From a virus (lineage: Duplodnaviria; Caudoviricetes): a stretch of DNA of 64,000 bases. Every line of letters begins with the position of its first letter. Position 1 is the first letter of the stretch. Under the pieces are notes generated by a model. The model was not told where the DNA came from. It saw nothing but the letters and a program-made list of their open reading frames with translations, and ran no database searches. Location of the stretch: IMG/VR virus record IMGVR_UViG_3300031760_003956, positions 30,226 to 94,225 of that record. The stretch is one strand, 5' to 3'. A program made the position numbers and the translations under genes. Shown in pieces: positions 32,438 to 41,877 of this stretch.

Positions 32438-33769
32438 ATGAAGGGCAGAAAGATACATTTGTTAAATCATATAACAAATAAACCAAAAAATAAGAAGTTG
32501 AATGATGAAGATAATAATGCTGCCAACAGCAGTCTTCACAAGACATATAGTTTTAAAAAAGTTTTTACAATGAAACATTTATTAAAGTCTGCTAAATTAT
32601 GCAAGAAAAATGTTGGTTGGAAATCAAGTGTTCAAAACTTTATGAGGACTGTTTTTTATAATTGTATAATAATTTTATACGAGTTAAGAAAAGGAACATT
32701 TGAGTTCAAAGAAACAAATGAATTTGATATTTTTGAAAGAGGTAAAAAACGACATATTAAAAGTATAAAGATTCGTGACAGAGTAGTTCAAAAGGTACTC
32801 TGTCAATTTTTATTATTACCTTTATTTCGTAATTCATTTATATATGATAATTGTGCGTCACTTAAAGATAAAGGTATATCTTTTACTTTTAATAGAGTTA
32901 CCGCTATGTTACAAAAATATTATCGTAAACACGGAAATAAAGGATATGTTCTTAGATATGATTTTTCTGATTACTTCGGAAGTATCGACCATCAAATTGC
33001 ATTAAAGATGATGGCGAAGAAAGTTGAGGATAAGAAATTATTAAAACTAATTGGTGACGCTATGGCTGTGTATGCTGATGGTGATAAATGTGTAGGTATT
33101 GGTTTGGGTAGTGAGTTATCTCAATTTGTTGCTTTATTATATGCAAATCCTATAGACCATATGATAAAAGATAAATATAAAGTCAAATTTTATATTCGTT
33201 ATATGGACGATGGATTGATAATTTGTGAAGATAAACAGTTTCTTCACGATTTATTAAAGGAGATTGAAAAGATGTGTGATGAACTACATCTTAAATTAAA
33301 TAAAAAGAAAACAAATATCTGTAAATTAGATAAAGGATTTAACTTTTTAAAGAAAAGGATTATCTTGACTGACACAGGACGTATTATTATGAAAATATCA
33401 AGAGATAGTGTAACTCGTATGAGAAGAAAACTTAAAAAATTTAAAATAAAGGTAAAAAACGGAGAAATGTCAATAAAAGACGTTGAAAATGCTTATGTTT
33501 CTTGGCGTGGGTTTGTAAAACAATTCAATTCATATTTTACTGTTAAGAATATGGATAACATCTATAAGGAATTATATAATTACATACCTAAAAGTAAAAA
33601 ACAAATTGCAAAAGAACATAAAATAGCAACAGAAAAAGAGAAAGAAATAATGTATAGTTTGGCAGAAGATTTCTTTACAAGTATTGACGAAAATCCGTAT
33701 GTAACATATCGAGAGCAATATTACTCTCAAAAAGAAACAAATGGAGGTAATGTAGATGAATTTCTATAA
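32438..33769 (+). CDS. DGR reverse transcriptase
   Basis: RDRVVQ, YDFSDYFGSI, GIGLGSELSQ, YIRYMDD, GFNFL motifs; adjacent to TR and Avd; true start may be downstream of 32438. Confidence 0.93.
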   Translation: MKGRKIHLLNHITNKPKNKKLNDEDNNAANSSLHKTYSFKKVFTMKHLLKSAKLCKKNVGWKSSVQNFMRTVFYNCIIILYELRKGTFEFKETNEFDIFERGKKRHIKSIKIRDRVVQKVLCQFLLLPLFRNSFIYDNCASLKDKGISFTFNRVTAMLQKYYRKHGNKGYVLRYDFSDYFGSIDHQIALKMMAKKVEDKKLLKLIGDAMAVYADGDKCVGIGLGSELSQFVALLYANPIDHMIKDKYKVKFYIRYMDDGLIICEDKQFLHDLLKEIEKMCDELHLKLNKKKTNICKLDKGFNFLKKRIILTDTGRIIMKISRDSVTRMRRKLKKFKIKVKNGEMSIKDVENAYVSWRGFVKQFNSYFTVKNMDNIYKELYNYIPKSKKQIAKEHKIATEKEKEIMYSLAEDFFTSIDENPYVTYREQYYSQKETNGGNVDEFL

Positions 33770-34556
33770 GATAACAGAAAATCAAAACATTATTGATGTA
33801 AACACAAGTGAGGATATTACATATGTTTGTTATAATGAACGATTAAAAACATTTGTCGCTTGTAGTAGAGATTACAACCCCATAGGTATAGTATCATCCG
33901 ATGGAGATAGTATCTATCACATTAGTGGTGCTGATTCTATGCCTAATGATGTTGTTCTTAAAGTTAAGGGTACGGATATTGATGTTTATATTACAGAGAT
34001 TTCCGAAGAAGATTATGAAGTATTTAAAAAGGTGTTGGACGAGCAAAAAGAGGTTATAGACCCTGACCCGTATATCCCTGAGCCTGAACCCGAACCCGAA
34101 AAATCAGACGAAGAAAAAGCAGCCGAGGACGAATATAGACGTTCTTTACAGTTTGTTAAAGACACTAAAATTGCATATATGAGTAGAGTTTGTCAAAGTG
34201 TAATTGAAAATGGAATAACGGTAATTCTTACAGACGGCGAGGCGTATCATTTTGCACTTACCAAAGAAGACCAAATCAATCTTATGGAATGTAAGGAAGA
34301 ATTGGCTTTAGGTGCGGAATGTGTATCATATCACGCCGATGGTGGACTTTGTACTTATTATAGTGCAGAAGATATGATGAGAATTATATCTGCTGGTATA
34401 TACCATAAGAAATATCAAATTACATATTTCAATTCTTTGAAGAATTATATCAATAGTATGGATAATATGGTTGATATATCAGAAGCATTTTATGGTATGG
34501 CTATTCCCGAAGAATATCAGTCAGAACCTTTAAAGGACATTTGGAGTCAAAGTTAA
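33756..34556 (+). CDS. Tail-fibre assembly-like protein (DUF4376-like)
   Basis: PEPEPEP linker; F.LTKEDQINL...YHADG..C..YS pattern. Confidence 0.55.
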   Translation: MNFYKITENQNIIDVNTSEDITYVCYNERLKTFVACSRDYNPIGIVSSDGDSIYHISGADSMPNDVVLKVKGTDIDVYITEISEEDYEVFKKVLDEQKEVIDPDPYIPEPEPEPEKSDEEKAAEDEYRRSLQFVKDTKIAYMSRVCQSVIENGITVILTDGEAYHFALTKEDQINLMECKEELALGAECVSYHADGGLCTYYSAEDMMRIISAGIYHKKYQITYFNSLKNYINSMDNMVDISEAFYGMAIPEEYQSEPLKDIWSQS

Positions 34557-35008
34557 TGAAAAAAGTAGTGCTTAAAAATATAGTTTTATTCTACTTCGGT
34601 TTTTCTACTTACATAACATTGGAGGTCTGTTTTAGAGGTTATTCAAGTTGGCTAATGGGAATTTGTGGAGGTCTTGCCATTGTCATCTTGGATAAACTCA
34701 ATAGTAGAATATCGTGGGATATGGATATACTATTACAAGGTTGTATAGGTTCGGCGTTGATTACTGGAATGGAGTTGGTTATTGGTGAATGTATGTTAGC
34801 CGGACTTGTACCAAAGATATGGGATTATAGTAATATGTGGTTAAACTACAAAGGTATTATTTGTTTACCATACAGTTTAATATGGATAGGGCTTTCGATA
34901 GTTGCGATTATATTCGCAGATTTAATTAATTACTACGTTTTTTGCGAACAGCCTTGTCCTTATTATAGATTATTTGGAAAAATCATTTTTAAATTAAAGG
35001 AGAAATGA
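34556..35008 (+). CDS. Multi-pass membrane protein (putative ABC-permease-like family)
   Basis: About 4 TM segments; LEVCFRGYSSWLM..CGG and WDYS....NYKGIICL motifs; ATG overlaps upstream stop. Confidence 0.65.
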   Translation: MKKVVLKNIVLFYFGFSTYITLEVCFRGYSSWLMGICGGLAIVILDKLNSRISWDMDILLQGCIGSALITGMELVIGECMLAGLVPKIWDYSNMWLNYKGIICLPYSLIWIGLSIVAIIFADLINYYVFCEQPCPYYRLFGKIIFKLKEK

Positions 35009-35011
35009 ACT

Positions 35012-35494
35012 ATGCAGAATTTAAAGAAAATTTCACCGTGGGTAGAGTATTACAGAAAGTTGGTGGCGTTATTTAAGAAAGACCCTGATATTAAGATTAT
35101 TTACGATGAGGGAATCAACGTCATCAAAATGTACATTAACGGTCAGGATAAGTATGAGGCTCTTAGTCAGCTTCTTCCCTCAGAAAAGAAATTCGGTAAT
35201 GTAACATTGGAGATTGAACTTATACCGTGTAATGATTTAAAGTTATCTCAGACAGATTTATTCCGTAGAGCATTTAGCGGTAATCCTGTGGTAACAGATG
35301 TAATTACAGTCGGACAGGAGATTATCGGTTCTACAAACGATTTCAATTACATTGTATTTGAAAAAGAAGTCGTGCAGTATTATGATGATTCTCTTGGCGA
35401 CCCTCACGGCAATCGTTCAACTCTCTATCAGGAGATTGCTAAAGAAGTATTTGGAGAACAGGACGGTATTTATTTCTGTACTGATAAAGAATAA
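35012..35494 (+). CDS. Hypothetical protein
   Basis: 160-aa ORF with RBS AAGGAG. Confidence 0.65.
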   Translation: MQNLKKISPWVEYYRKLVALFKKDPDIKIIYDEGINVIKMYINGQDKYEALSQLLPSEKKFGNVTLEIELIPCNDLKLSQTDLFRRAFSGNPVVTDVITVGQEIIGSTNDFNYIVFEKEVVQYYDDSLGDPHGNRSTLYQEIAKEVFGEQDGIYFCTDKE

Positions 35495-35554
35495 AAATAA
35501 TATTTTGATTTTAACAGGCTATCACTTTGGTGATAGTCTGATTTATTTTAAGGA

Positions 35555-36538
35555 GTGATATTTATGGCAGCTATTGACGGAAAAATATTATTGACACATA
35601 ACCCTTGTTACAAAACGTATCAGAAAATGACACCAAAGGGTATTGTAGTACATTCAACAGGAGCAAACAATCCTTATATTAAAAGATATGTTGCTCCCGA
35701 TGATGGTGTAATCGGAAAGAACGATTATGGTAATGACTGGAATCGTAGTAGCACAGAAGTATGTGTACACGGTTTTATTGGAAAAGATAAGAATAATAAA
35801 GTTAAGTTCTATCAAACACTTCCCTTTGATATTTGTTGCTGGGGAGTTGGTGGAGGTTGGAAAGGTTCATACAATTACAATCCTGCCTATATTCAGTTTG
35901 AAATGTGCGAGGATGGTTTGAACGATAAGGCTTATTGTAAGGCTTGTTATGATAAGGCAGTTGAGGTTTGTGCTTATCTCTGTAAAAAGTATGGAATAAG
36001 CGTATCTAATATTGTATCTCATCACGAAGCGTATCTCAAAGGCTATGGCTCAAATCACGGCGACCCTCATAACTGGTGGGATAGATTTGGTTATACTATG
36101 GACGGATTCAGAAAAGCTGTTAAGGCTAAGATGAAGACTACTACCAAAGTAAAGACTAAAAGAAAATGTAATCTTTATAACAAAGACTATAAAGACCCTG
36201 TAGGTAAAACTTCGGGTAGTATTTCTGTACCCAAAGGTACTGAACTTGTTTGGGTATCGGACGATAAGTACGGTTGGAGTAAAGTTAAATTCCATAATGT
36301 AACTTATTGGATTATTAATAGCAATCTCAATAAATCTAAACTTTCGTCTTGCCCGACTATGAAAATGTCAAAGAGCGTTAAAGGTAAGAAAGTTAAGAAT
36401 GGAAAGTTTGTAGCCGAGAAAACTATTAAGAAAGGCGAAACTGTAAAAGATATTTGCGTAATTGAGTCAGGCAAGTATGCTGGATATTCGTATATCAAGA
36501 GAGTGAAATACGGTACATATTATTATGTAAAATTATAA
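35555..36538 (+). CDS. Endolysin, N-acetylmuramoyl-L-alanine amidase (Amidase_2) with SH3-like C-terminus
   Basis: GIVVHSTG, IQFEMCED, IVSHHE, HGDP motifs. Confidence 0.88.
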   Translation: MIFMAAIDGKILLTHNPCYKTYQKMTPKGIVVHSTGANNPYIKRYVAPDDGVIGKNDYGNDWNRSSTEVCVHGFIGKDKNNKVKFYQTLPFDICCWGVGGGWKGSYNYNPAYIQFEMCEDGLNDKAYCKACYDKAVEVCAYLCKKYGISVSNIVSHHEAYLKGYGSNHGDPHNWWDRFGYTMDGFRKAVKAKMKTTTKVKTKRKCNLYNKDYKDPVGKTSGSISVPKGTELVWVSDDKYGWSKVKFHNVTYWIINSNLNKSKLSSCPTMKMSKSVKGKKVKNGKFVAEKTIKKGETVKDICVIESGKYAGYSYIKRVKYGTYYYVKL

Positions 36539-36553
36539 GAAAGGACTGATAGT

Positions 36554-37540
36554 ATGAGTGAATGTTATGCAAGTGAATTAGTAAAAGTCGCTAAGAAAGA
36601 ACTTGGTTATATTGAAAAGAAGACTCGTCAGAATCTTAGCGATAAAAAAGCAAATGCTGGATACAACGATTGGAATAAATACGCAGAGTTTTTTGACAAA
36701 AACCACCCTGAATTTTATAACGGTGCTAAAAATGGATTTTGGTGGTGTGATATTTTCGTAGATTGGTGTTTTATTAAAGCGTTTGGATATGAAAAGGGCA
36801 GACAACTTCTTTGTCAGCCGTTACATTCTTGTGGGGCTGGGTGTACATATTCTGCTCAGTATTATAAGGATAAAGGACAATTCTATCCTCGTAGTGCAGA
36901 GCCTAAAGTTGGCGACCAAATTTTCTTCGGACAAGGAGAGCCTTATCATACTGGAATTGTAGTTCAAGTAGATAAGACTTATGTATATACTATTGAGGGT
37001 AATACAAGTAGTTCATCTGTTGTAGTTGCAAACGGCGGTTGTGTAGCTGCTAAAACTTATGTGAGAACATATAGTGAGATTTATGGCTACGGTAGACCTA
37101 AATTCGATAAAGAACCTGTTAAGAAGAAGAAAAAGTATTATAAACTTTTAAACAGAACAGGACTTTATAAGAAAGCCTACAAGGATATAGTTGGTGGTAC
37201 ATCTGTACCTGAAAAATATCTTGATAAGGGTACTACGATTGAATGGATTTCAGATGATAACTTCGGTTGGAGTAAAATTAAATATAGAGGTACTTCATAT
37301 TATATTTTCAATTCTCATATTCCTGATGAAAAATTATCGCCTTGTAAGTCAGGCGTTGTATTGAATACGGATACTTTTGGTTATCGTGTTTACAAGGACG
37401 GTCACAAGGGTAGTAGAAAACAATTTCGTAAAGGACAGAAGTTTACTGCTATCTGTGTAATCGAGGAAGGTAAATATAAAGATTGGACTTATGTTCGTAT
37501 TAATAATAAGAAATATTATTTGAAAGCTAAACTGTTATAA
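36554..37540 (+). CDS. Endolysin, CHAP domain with SH3-like C-terminus
   Basis: WCDIFVDWC, PKVGDQIFF, HTGIV, TIEGNT motifs. Confidence 0.88.
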   Translation: MSECYASELVKVAKKELGYIEKKTRQNLSDKKANAGYNDWNKYAEFFDKNHPEFYNGAKNGFWWCDIFVDWCFIKAFGYEKGRQLLCQPLHSCGAGCTYSAQYYKDKGQFYPRSAEPKVGDQIFFGQGEPYHTGIVVQVDKTYVYTIEGNTSSSSVVVANGGCVAAKTYVRTYSEIYGYGRPKFDKEPVKKKKKYYKLLNRTGLYKKAYKDIVGGTSVPEKYLDKGTTIEWISDDNFGWSKIKYRGTSYYIFNSHIPDEKLSPCKSGVVLNTDTFGYRVYKDGHKGSRKQFRKGQKFTAICVIEEGKYKDWTYVRINNKKYYLKAKLL

Positions 37541-37548
37541 AAGAATTA

Positions 37549-37580
37549 AGGGTAGAGAGAAATTCTCTACCCTATTTTTT
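37549..37580. terminator. Terminator between convergent lysis and integrase genes
   Basis: AGGGTAGAGA-gaaat-TCTCTACCCT plus T tract. Confidence 0.75.
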
Positions 37581-37585
37581 ACGAT

Positions 37586-38734
37586 TTATAGATTATCCAA
37601 AGACTTGACAGCTAAATATCCCTCAGCTTCGGCAAAATGAATGTAAGTATCAAGAGTAATTTGAACGCTTGCGTGACCTAAAAGTGTAGATATTGTCTTA
37701 ATATCGACTTTGTTTTTGAAAAGCATATTGGCAAAAGTGTGTCTAAGGGAGTGTGTACTACCTTTGTTGATTTTTGTGTTCTTGATAACTCTGCGGAAAG
37801 TTCTATCATATTGTTGTGGGGCAAGGATACCACCGTTCTTAGCACAAACAATATATTCACTTTCGGGGTATTTATCGCACATTCTTTGTAAAGCTGTTTC
37901 TGCGGTTTCATTTAAAGGTATTTTCCTATCTCCTGAGTAGGTTTTAGTTGTTGTTACAATAGTTTCGTAACCTGTAGCTTTACCGGCAGAATCCCTTGTT
38001 TTTACGGTCTGAGCATTTTTGCCGATATGAAGTGTATGATTTTCTTTATCCCAGTCTGATTTCTTTAAAGCTATTATCTCACCTCGCCTTGCTCCTGTGT
38101 TAAGCTGCAAGATATACGCTTCACCATATAGATAGACGGGTGTTTCAGCGTTTGGATAAATTCTACGACATTCTTCTATAATTAATCGGGATTCTTTTTC
38201 TGTGTAATATACCATCTCGGATTTTGCAAAACTGGATTCTGATGGCATTTGAATCCCCTCAATAGGATTATGAGAGATATGTTTCTGAGATAAAGCATAT
38301 TTCATAACCATATTTACGCCATCTCGTGCTTTCTTTACTCTTGAATAAGACAATCCTTTTGCTTTGAGGTCGTTAAGCATATGTTGAATATCTGTAGTTT
38401 TAATTTCGGATATTCTTATTATACCGAGATAGGGGAATATCTGATTTTTAAAACTTGTTTCAAGAGCGTCATAGCTGGACGCTTTTATTGTGGGCTGTTT
38501 AAAAGTTACTAACCAATTAGTTGCGTATGTTTCAAATGATGATGTTACGGGGCTGATATGTGTTTCAGCGTTAAATTGTATCATTTGTTTTTGAACTTCT
38601 GTTTTTGTATTACCCGAAAAATATACGACTTCGGGCTTACCATTGGATTTGTAGTTGCCTGTGCGGATTCTACCATAGAATTTATTTCCACGTTTGTAGA
38701 TATTTCCCGTACCTTTTGGTCTTCTGTTAGCCAT
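37586..38734 (-). CDS. int: Phage integrase (tyrosine recombinase)
   Basis: N-terminal arm-binding RRPKGTGNIYKR; TGARRGE, TKTYSG, HSLRHTF, LGHASVQITLDTY. Confidence 0.93.
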   Translation of the reverse strand: MANRRPKGTGNIYKRGNKFYGRIRTGNYKSNGKPEVVYFSGNTKTEVQKQMIQFNAETHISPVTSSFETYATNWLVTFKQPTIKASSYDALETSFKNQIFPYLGIIRISEIKTTDIQHMLNDLKAKGLSYSRVKKARDGVNMVMKYALSQKHISHNPIEGIQMPSESSFAKSEMVYYTEKESRLIIEECRRIYPNAETPVYLYGEAYILQLNTGARRGEIIALKKSDWDKENHTLHIGKNAQTVKTRDSAGKATGYETIVTTTKTYSGDRKIPLNETAETALQRMCDKYPESEYIVCAKNGGILAPQQYDRTFRRVIKNTKINKGSTHSLRHTFANMLFKNKVDIKTISTLLGHASVQITLDTYIHFAEAEGYLAVKSLDNL

Positions 38735-38970
38735 TTTTAAACTCCTTTTTTTAACTATATTTCAAGATAGTGCTACATTTTAGTGATTTGTAGCACTATT
38801 GTAGCACTATTTTTTGATATTAAATGATACTAAATGGTAAAACTCTAAGTTTGTATTTAAAGTAGAATATATGTTCTATATTCAATTATATCATAAAAAA
38901 TAAAAAATGCAAGTTTAATAAAGATTTTTATATTATGCTCAAAAATGGCTTGTCTATGCGGTTTTCAAAG

Positions 38971-39005
38971 AAAAATCACCTTGATTTCAAAGGAAATCAA
39001 GGTGA
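38971..39005 (-). terminator. Intrinsic terminator after tRNA-Cys
   Basis: 13-bp stem TCACCTTGATTTC/GAAATCAAGGTGA followed by T5 on the - strand. Confidence 0.75.
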
Positions 39006-39010
39006 AAAAT

Positions 39011-39085
39011 TGGAGGCGACTGGCAGATTTGAACTGCCGAATCAGGCTTTTGCAGAGCCGTGCCTTACCACTTGGCTAAGTCGCC
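39011..39085 (-). tRNA. tRNA-Cys(GCA), complete with encoded CCA
   Basis: GGCGACTTAGCCAAGTGGTAAGGCACGGCTCTGCAAAAGCCTGATTCGGCAGTTCAAATCTGCCAGTCGCCTCCA folds to a cloverleaf. Confidence 0.93.
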
Positions 39086-39196
39086 TTATATGCAATTTTA
39101 GGTTTTGCAGACCTTAATTCCCTTTTCAATTTTTGGCTTACCGCCTATGTTTTTTAATAATATTTTTTAAAGTGTAGCACTATTGTAGCACTATCG

Positions 39197-39400
39197 TCAA
39201 TAAACAAATGTTTTATTGGTATATTTTTCAAGCCATTTTTCAAAGTTTTGTTTAGTGATATACAGGCGATTATTTAATTTAAAAGAGGGAAACCCGTCAC
39301 TCCGCATAAGTTCATACGCCTTAGTCTTCCCCAAAGATAACAAAACCTGTATATCCTTGACTGTGTAAATAGTTATATCATATTCTTTTTTATTTGTCAA
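39197..39400 (-). CDS. Excisionase-like HTH protein
   Basis: YTVKDIQVLLSLGKTKAYELMRSDGFPSFKL pattern; adjacent to attP and int. Confidence 0.8.
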   Translation of the reverse strand: MTNKKEYDITIYTVKDIQVLLSLGKTKAYELMRSDGFPSFKLNNRLYITKQNFEKWLEKYTNKTFVY

Positions 39401-39423
39401 TGTGATTTCTCCTTATAAACGTA

Positions 39424-39445
39424 GGGGTAGTTTTGAAACTACCCC
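39424..39445. terminator. Hairpin upstream of xis
   Basis: GGGGTAGTTT-tg-AAACTACCCC. Confidence 0.5.
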
Positions 39446-39451
39446 ATTTTT

Positions 39452-39649
39452 TTACTTTCTTTTTTTCTTCTCAGCTTTTATACCAAGTCGAAGTCTACGT
39501 TGAATAGTATGTACAGATTCCTCATCAAGAACCGTAAGACTTATCTTCGTATCGTGTTTTGATTTAAGATTACCAAGAAATTGAGTAAACTCGTTTACTA
39601 TTTCTTCGTTATCATTTTCAATATCGACAACATACCTTGTCATTGACAT
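39452..39649 (-). CDS. Hypothetical protein
   Basis: 65-aa ORF with RBS GAGGTGG. Confidence 0.55.
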   Translation of the reverse strand: MSMTRYVVDIENDNEEIVNEFTQFLGNLKSKHDTKISLTVLDEESVHTIQRRLRLGIKAEKKKRK

Positions 39650-39711
39650 TCCACCTCTGTATTATTTTGATACTACATTTTGATTGAGAGTGTAGCATAA
39701 AAGTAAAATAA

Positions 39712-39921
39712 TTATGTTTTATTGCTATGGTTTGCAATATAATCAATCATTTTTTCGTAGCAATTTTTACATATTTCGATTTTCTTACCCACCGAAACAT
39801 CTGTTGCTAACAACGTATCATCTACTTTGTCATATACTCTTTTATAAGTTATTTTTTTAAATTTTACTAAATTTGATTTGCTTACTTCTTTTTTACAAAA
39901 ATCACAAAGTATTACTTTCAT
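39712..39921 (-). CDS. Small Zn-finger-like protein
   Basis: CDFC...CKNC. Confidence 0.55.
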   Translation of the reverse strand: MKVILCDFCKKEVSKSNLVKFKKITYKRVYDKVDDTLLATDVSVGKKIEICKNCYEKMIDYIANHSNKT

Positions 39922-40462
39922 TACTAACCTCTTTCAACGCAATCTCAATATCGTTCTTATCTATATTCCGTAAGATAATATCATCTCTATACCAAGCCCA
40001 GTTACCACTCTGATTCAGTTCACCAAACTTAGCCCAAAATTCATCATCAGCGTCCGGAGATGGATTATTATAGGATTTTACCAATTTGATTTTTTCAAGT
40101 AAATCCATTTTGTATCTTGACGTATTATAGAAAATCTTAGGCAGAGAAATAATATGTGACTTAGCACTCGGAAACTCTGCTTTAAGTATTTCAATAAATT
40201 TACTTTCAATTTCTTTGAATTTCTCTTTGCTTTCAAAGAATCCGAAAAACTCAAAAGTACAAAACGCTTGATGTTCTACAGTTACACCGAATTGCAATCT
40301 CATCGGGATATTTGTTTCTTTGGTATGCTCATTATTGAGAGCGTAATCACATAAATCCTCAATTCTTTGTTTATGGTCTTCAAGGAAAGATTTATGGTCG
40401 TATATATTGTCGGCTAATATATAATAGCCTTTTGAATCATAATATTTTAATTCGTTTTCCAT
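39902..40462 (-). CDS. Hypothetical protein
   Basis: 186-aa ORF with RBS. Confidence 0.6.
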   Translation of the reverse strand: MENELKYYDSKGYYILADNIYDHKSFLEDHKQRIEDLCDYALNNEHTKETNIPMRLQFGVTVEHQAFCTFEFFGFFESKEKFKEIESKFIEILKAEFPSAKSHIISLPKIFYNTSRYKMDLLEKIKLVKSYNNPSPDADDEFWAKFGELNQSGNWAWYRDDIILRNIDKNDIEIALKEVSNESNTL

Positions 40463-40497
40463 TTGTTTCTTCCTTTGTTTATTATTATTTGAATTGT

Positions 40498-41432
40498 TTA
40501 AATATCGTTGATAATATTTTTTAAAAGGTGTTTAATAACTTCAATAGTCCAACCATCGCCACACATATTATAAATATGACTATCAGCAAAATCCATTTTA
40601 TACCATTCAGGTACAGTTTGCAGCTTTCTATATTCGTTGGGAGTTAGTTTTCTACATCTGCCATTATCAAACACTTTTTTCTGTAAATTACCACCTCTAC
40701 AAGCTGTGAGCGTAGGGGATTTAAAATTTGGATTGTTGACACGTTTTAATATATCGTGTCCTTTTATATGTAATGTAGCACAAACCTTTTTATCATTACC
40801 GTGAAAATCGAAATCTTGTTTATAATAATACTTATCATCAACCTCATTATCCATTATATCTTTCAATACCAAAGGATTGTTGGACGGTAAGGGAGATATT
40901 GGTATATTAGTCCAATAATTTCGTTTTCTGTCTTGTGCGGAAAATATGTTACTGTTTATTAAGACCGGCTCAACACCAAGAATATCGCTCATTTCTTGAA
41001 TATCTTGTGTTTTATTACTATCTACGTTCTCAACTAAAAACTTAACATTTGGATTGTTGTGCTTTTGAATCCAATGTAAAATTTCAGCACAAGGATAAAA
41101 TAACCACGATACTCCCTTTAATCCTTTATTATATTTTTCACGCCCACAGGTCGCTTTTGTTAGTGAACGGCAAGGACTACCAAACATAATTAAATCTATT
41201 TTGGGGAGTTTATGTAACATTTCTTCCGTAATTTCCGTTACATCTCCAAGTTGTATTGTATTTGGAAAATTCTCTTGTGTGCATTTTATAGCATTTTTGT
41301 CAATCTCGCTTGCATAATAATTATCAATTTTTATTCCTAATTCATTAAGGGCGATTTGACCGCAGCTCATTCCATCGCACAAACTGAGTACGGAAATACC
41401 CCCCCTACTTTCTTATTGAGTATATTATTCAT
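40498..41432 (-). CDS. C5 DNA cytosine methyltransferase, frameshifted at G7 tract (41399-41405); ~311 aa if G8
   Basis: Motif I VLSLCDGMSCG, motif IV GSPC, motif VI ENV, SAQDRKR; RBS GGAGG plus ATG 41432 is out of frame by 1 nt across the G tract. Confidence 0.85.
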
Positions 41433-41492
41433 CAAATTCCTCCAAATTTACTATTTAAAATCATAATTTTATTATTCTATATTAGAATTATA

Positions 41493-41877
41493 TTATTCTT
41501 TCAAGTTTTTGAATAACTCACTTTTAAAAAATATATCGTGTACACCGTGGGAAAACAAAACAGAATCATAGTTTTTATCAGGGATATAGCCGTGTTCTTT
41601 ATACCATTCCTCCGTAATAATCGTTACGAAACCTCGTTTTGATACGCCTTTCTTCAATTCTATTGGTATCTCCCAACTTTCTACATCGCCAAACTCTCCA
41701 ACCTTTTTAAAATCAAGACTGTTGGTAACTTTCTTTACTAATTCTTCGATTTTTTTCTGTTCTTTATCGTCTACGACAGCAAGTAATAGCCAATCAATTT
41801 TATAATCTGCCATACGTTTTAACTCTATTTTTAACCACGCTTCATTAATCAGATGTGTTAACTTTGCTTTTCCCATT
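41493..41877 (-). CDS. Hypothetical protein
   Basis: ORF in the operon; likely start MGKAK overlapping the MFS gene end. Confidence 0.5.

Larger units (their letters stand above)
38767..39194. repeat. attP region with integrase arm-type repeats TGTAGCACTAT
   Basis: Tandem pairs at 38789-38810 and 39173-39194 plus an inverted copy at 38767-77, flanking a tRNA gene between int and xis. Confidence 0.78.

Noticed and set aside
32438-33769. RT as a group II intron or retron enzyme
   Set aside because: TR/VR pair, Avd-like gene and the LGS..SQ motif indicate a DGR; no group II domain V or msr/msd seen
38935-39117. 60-aa plus-strand ORF
   Set aside because: Antisense to tRNA-Cys and its terminator
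38735-39200. Prophage/host junction (attL or attR) at the tRNA
   Set aside because: Genes on both sides are phage-type and arm repeats flank both sides, consistent with attP
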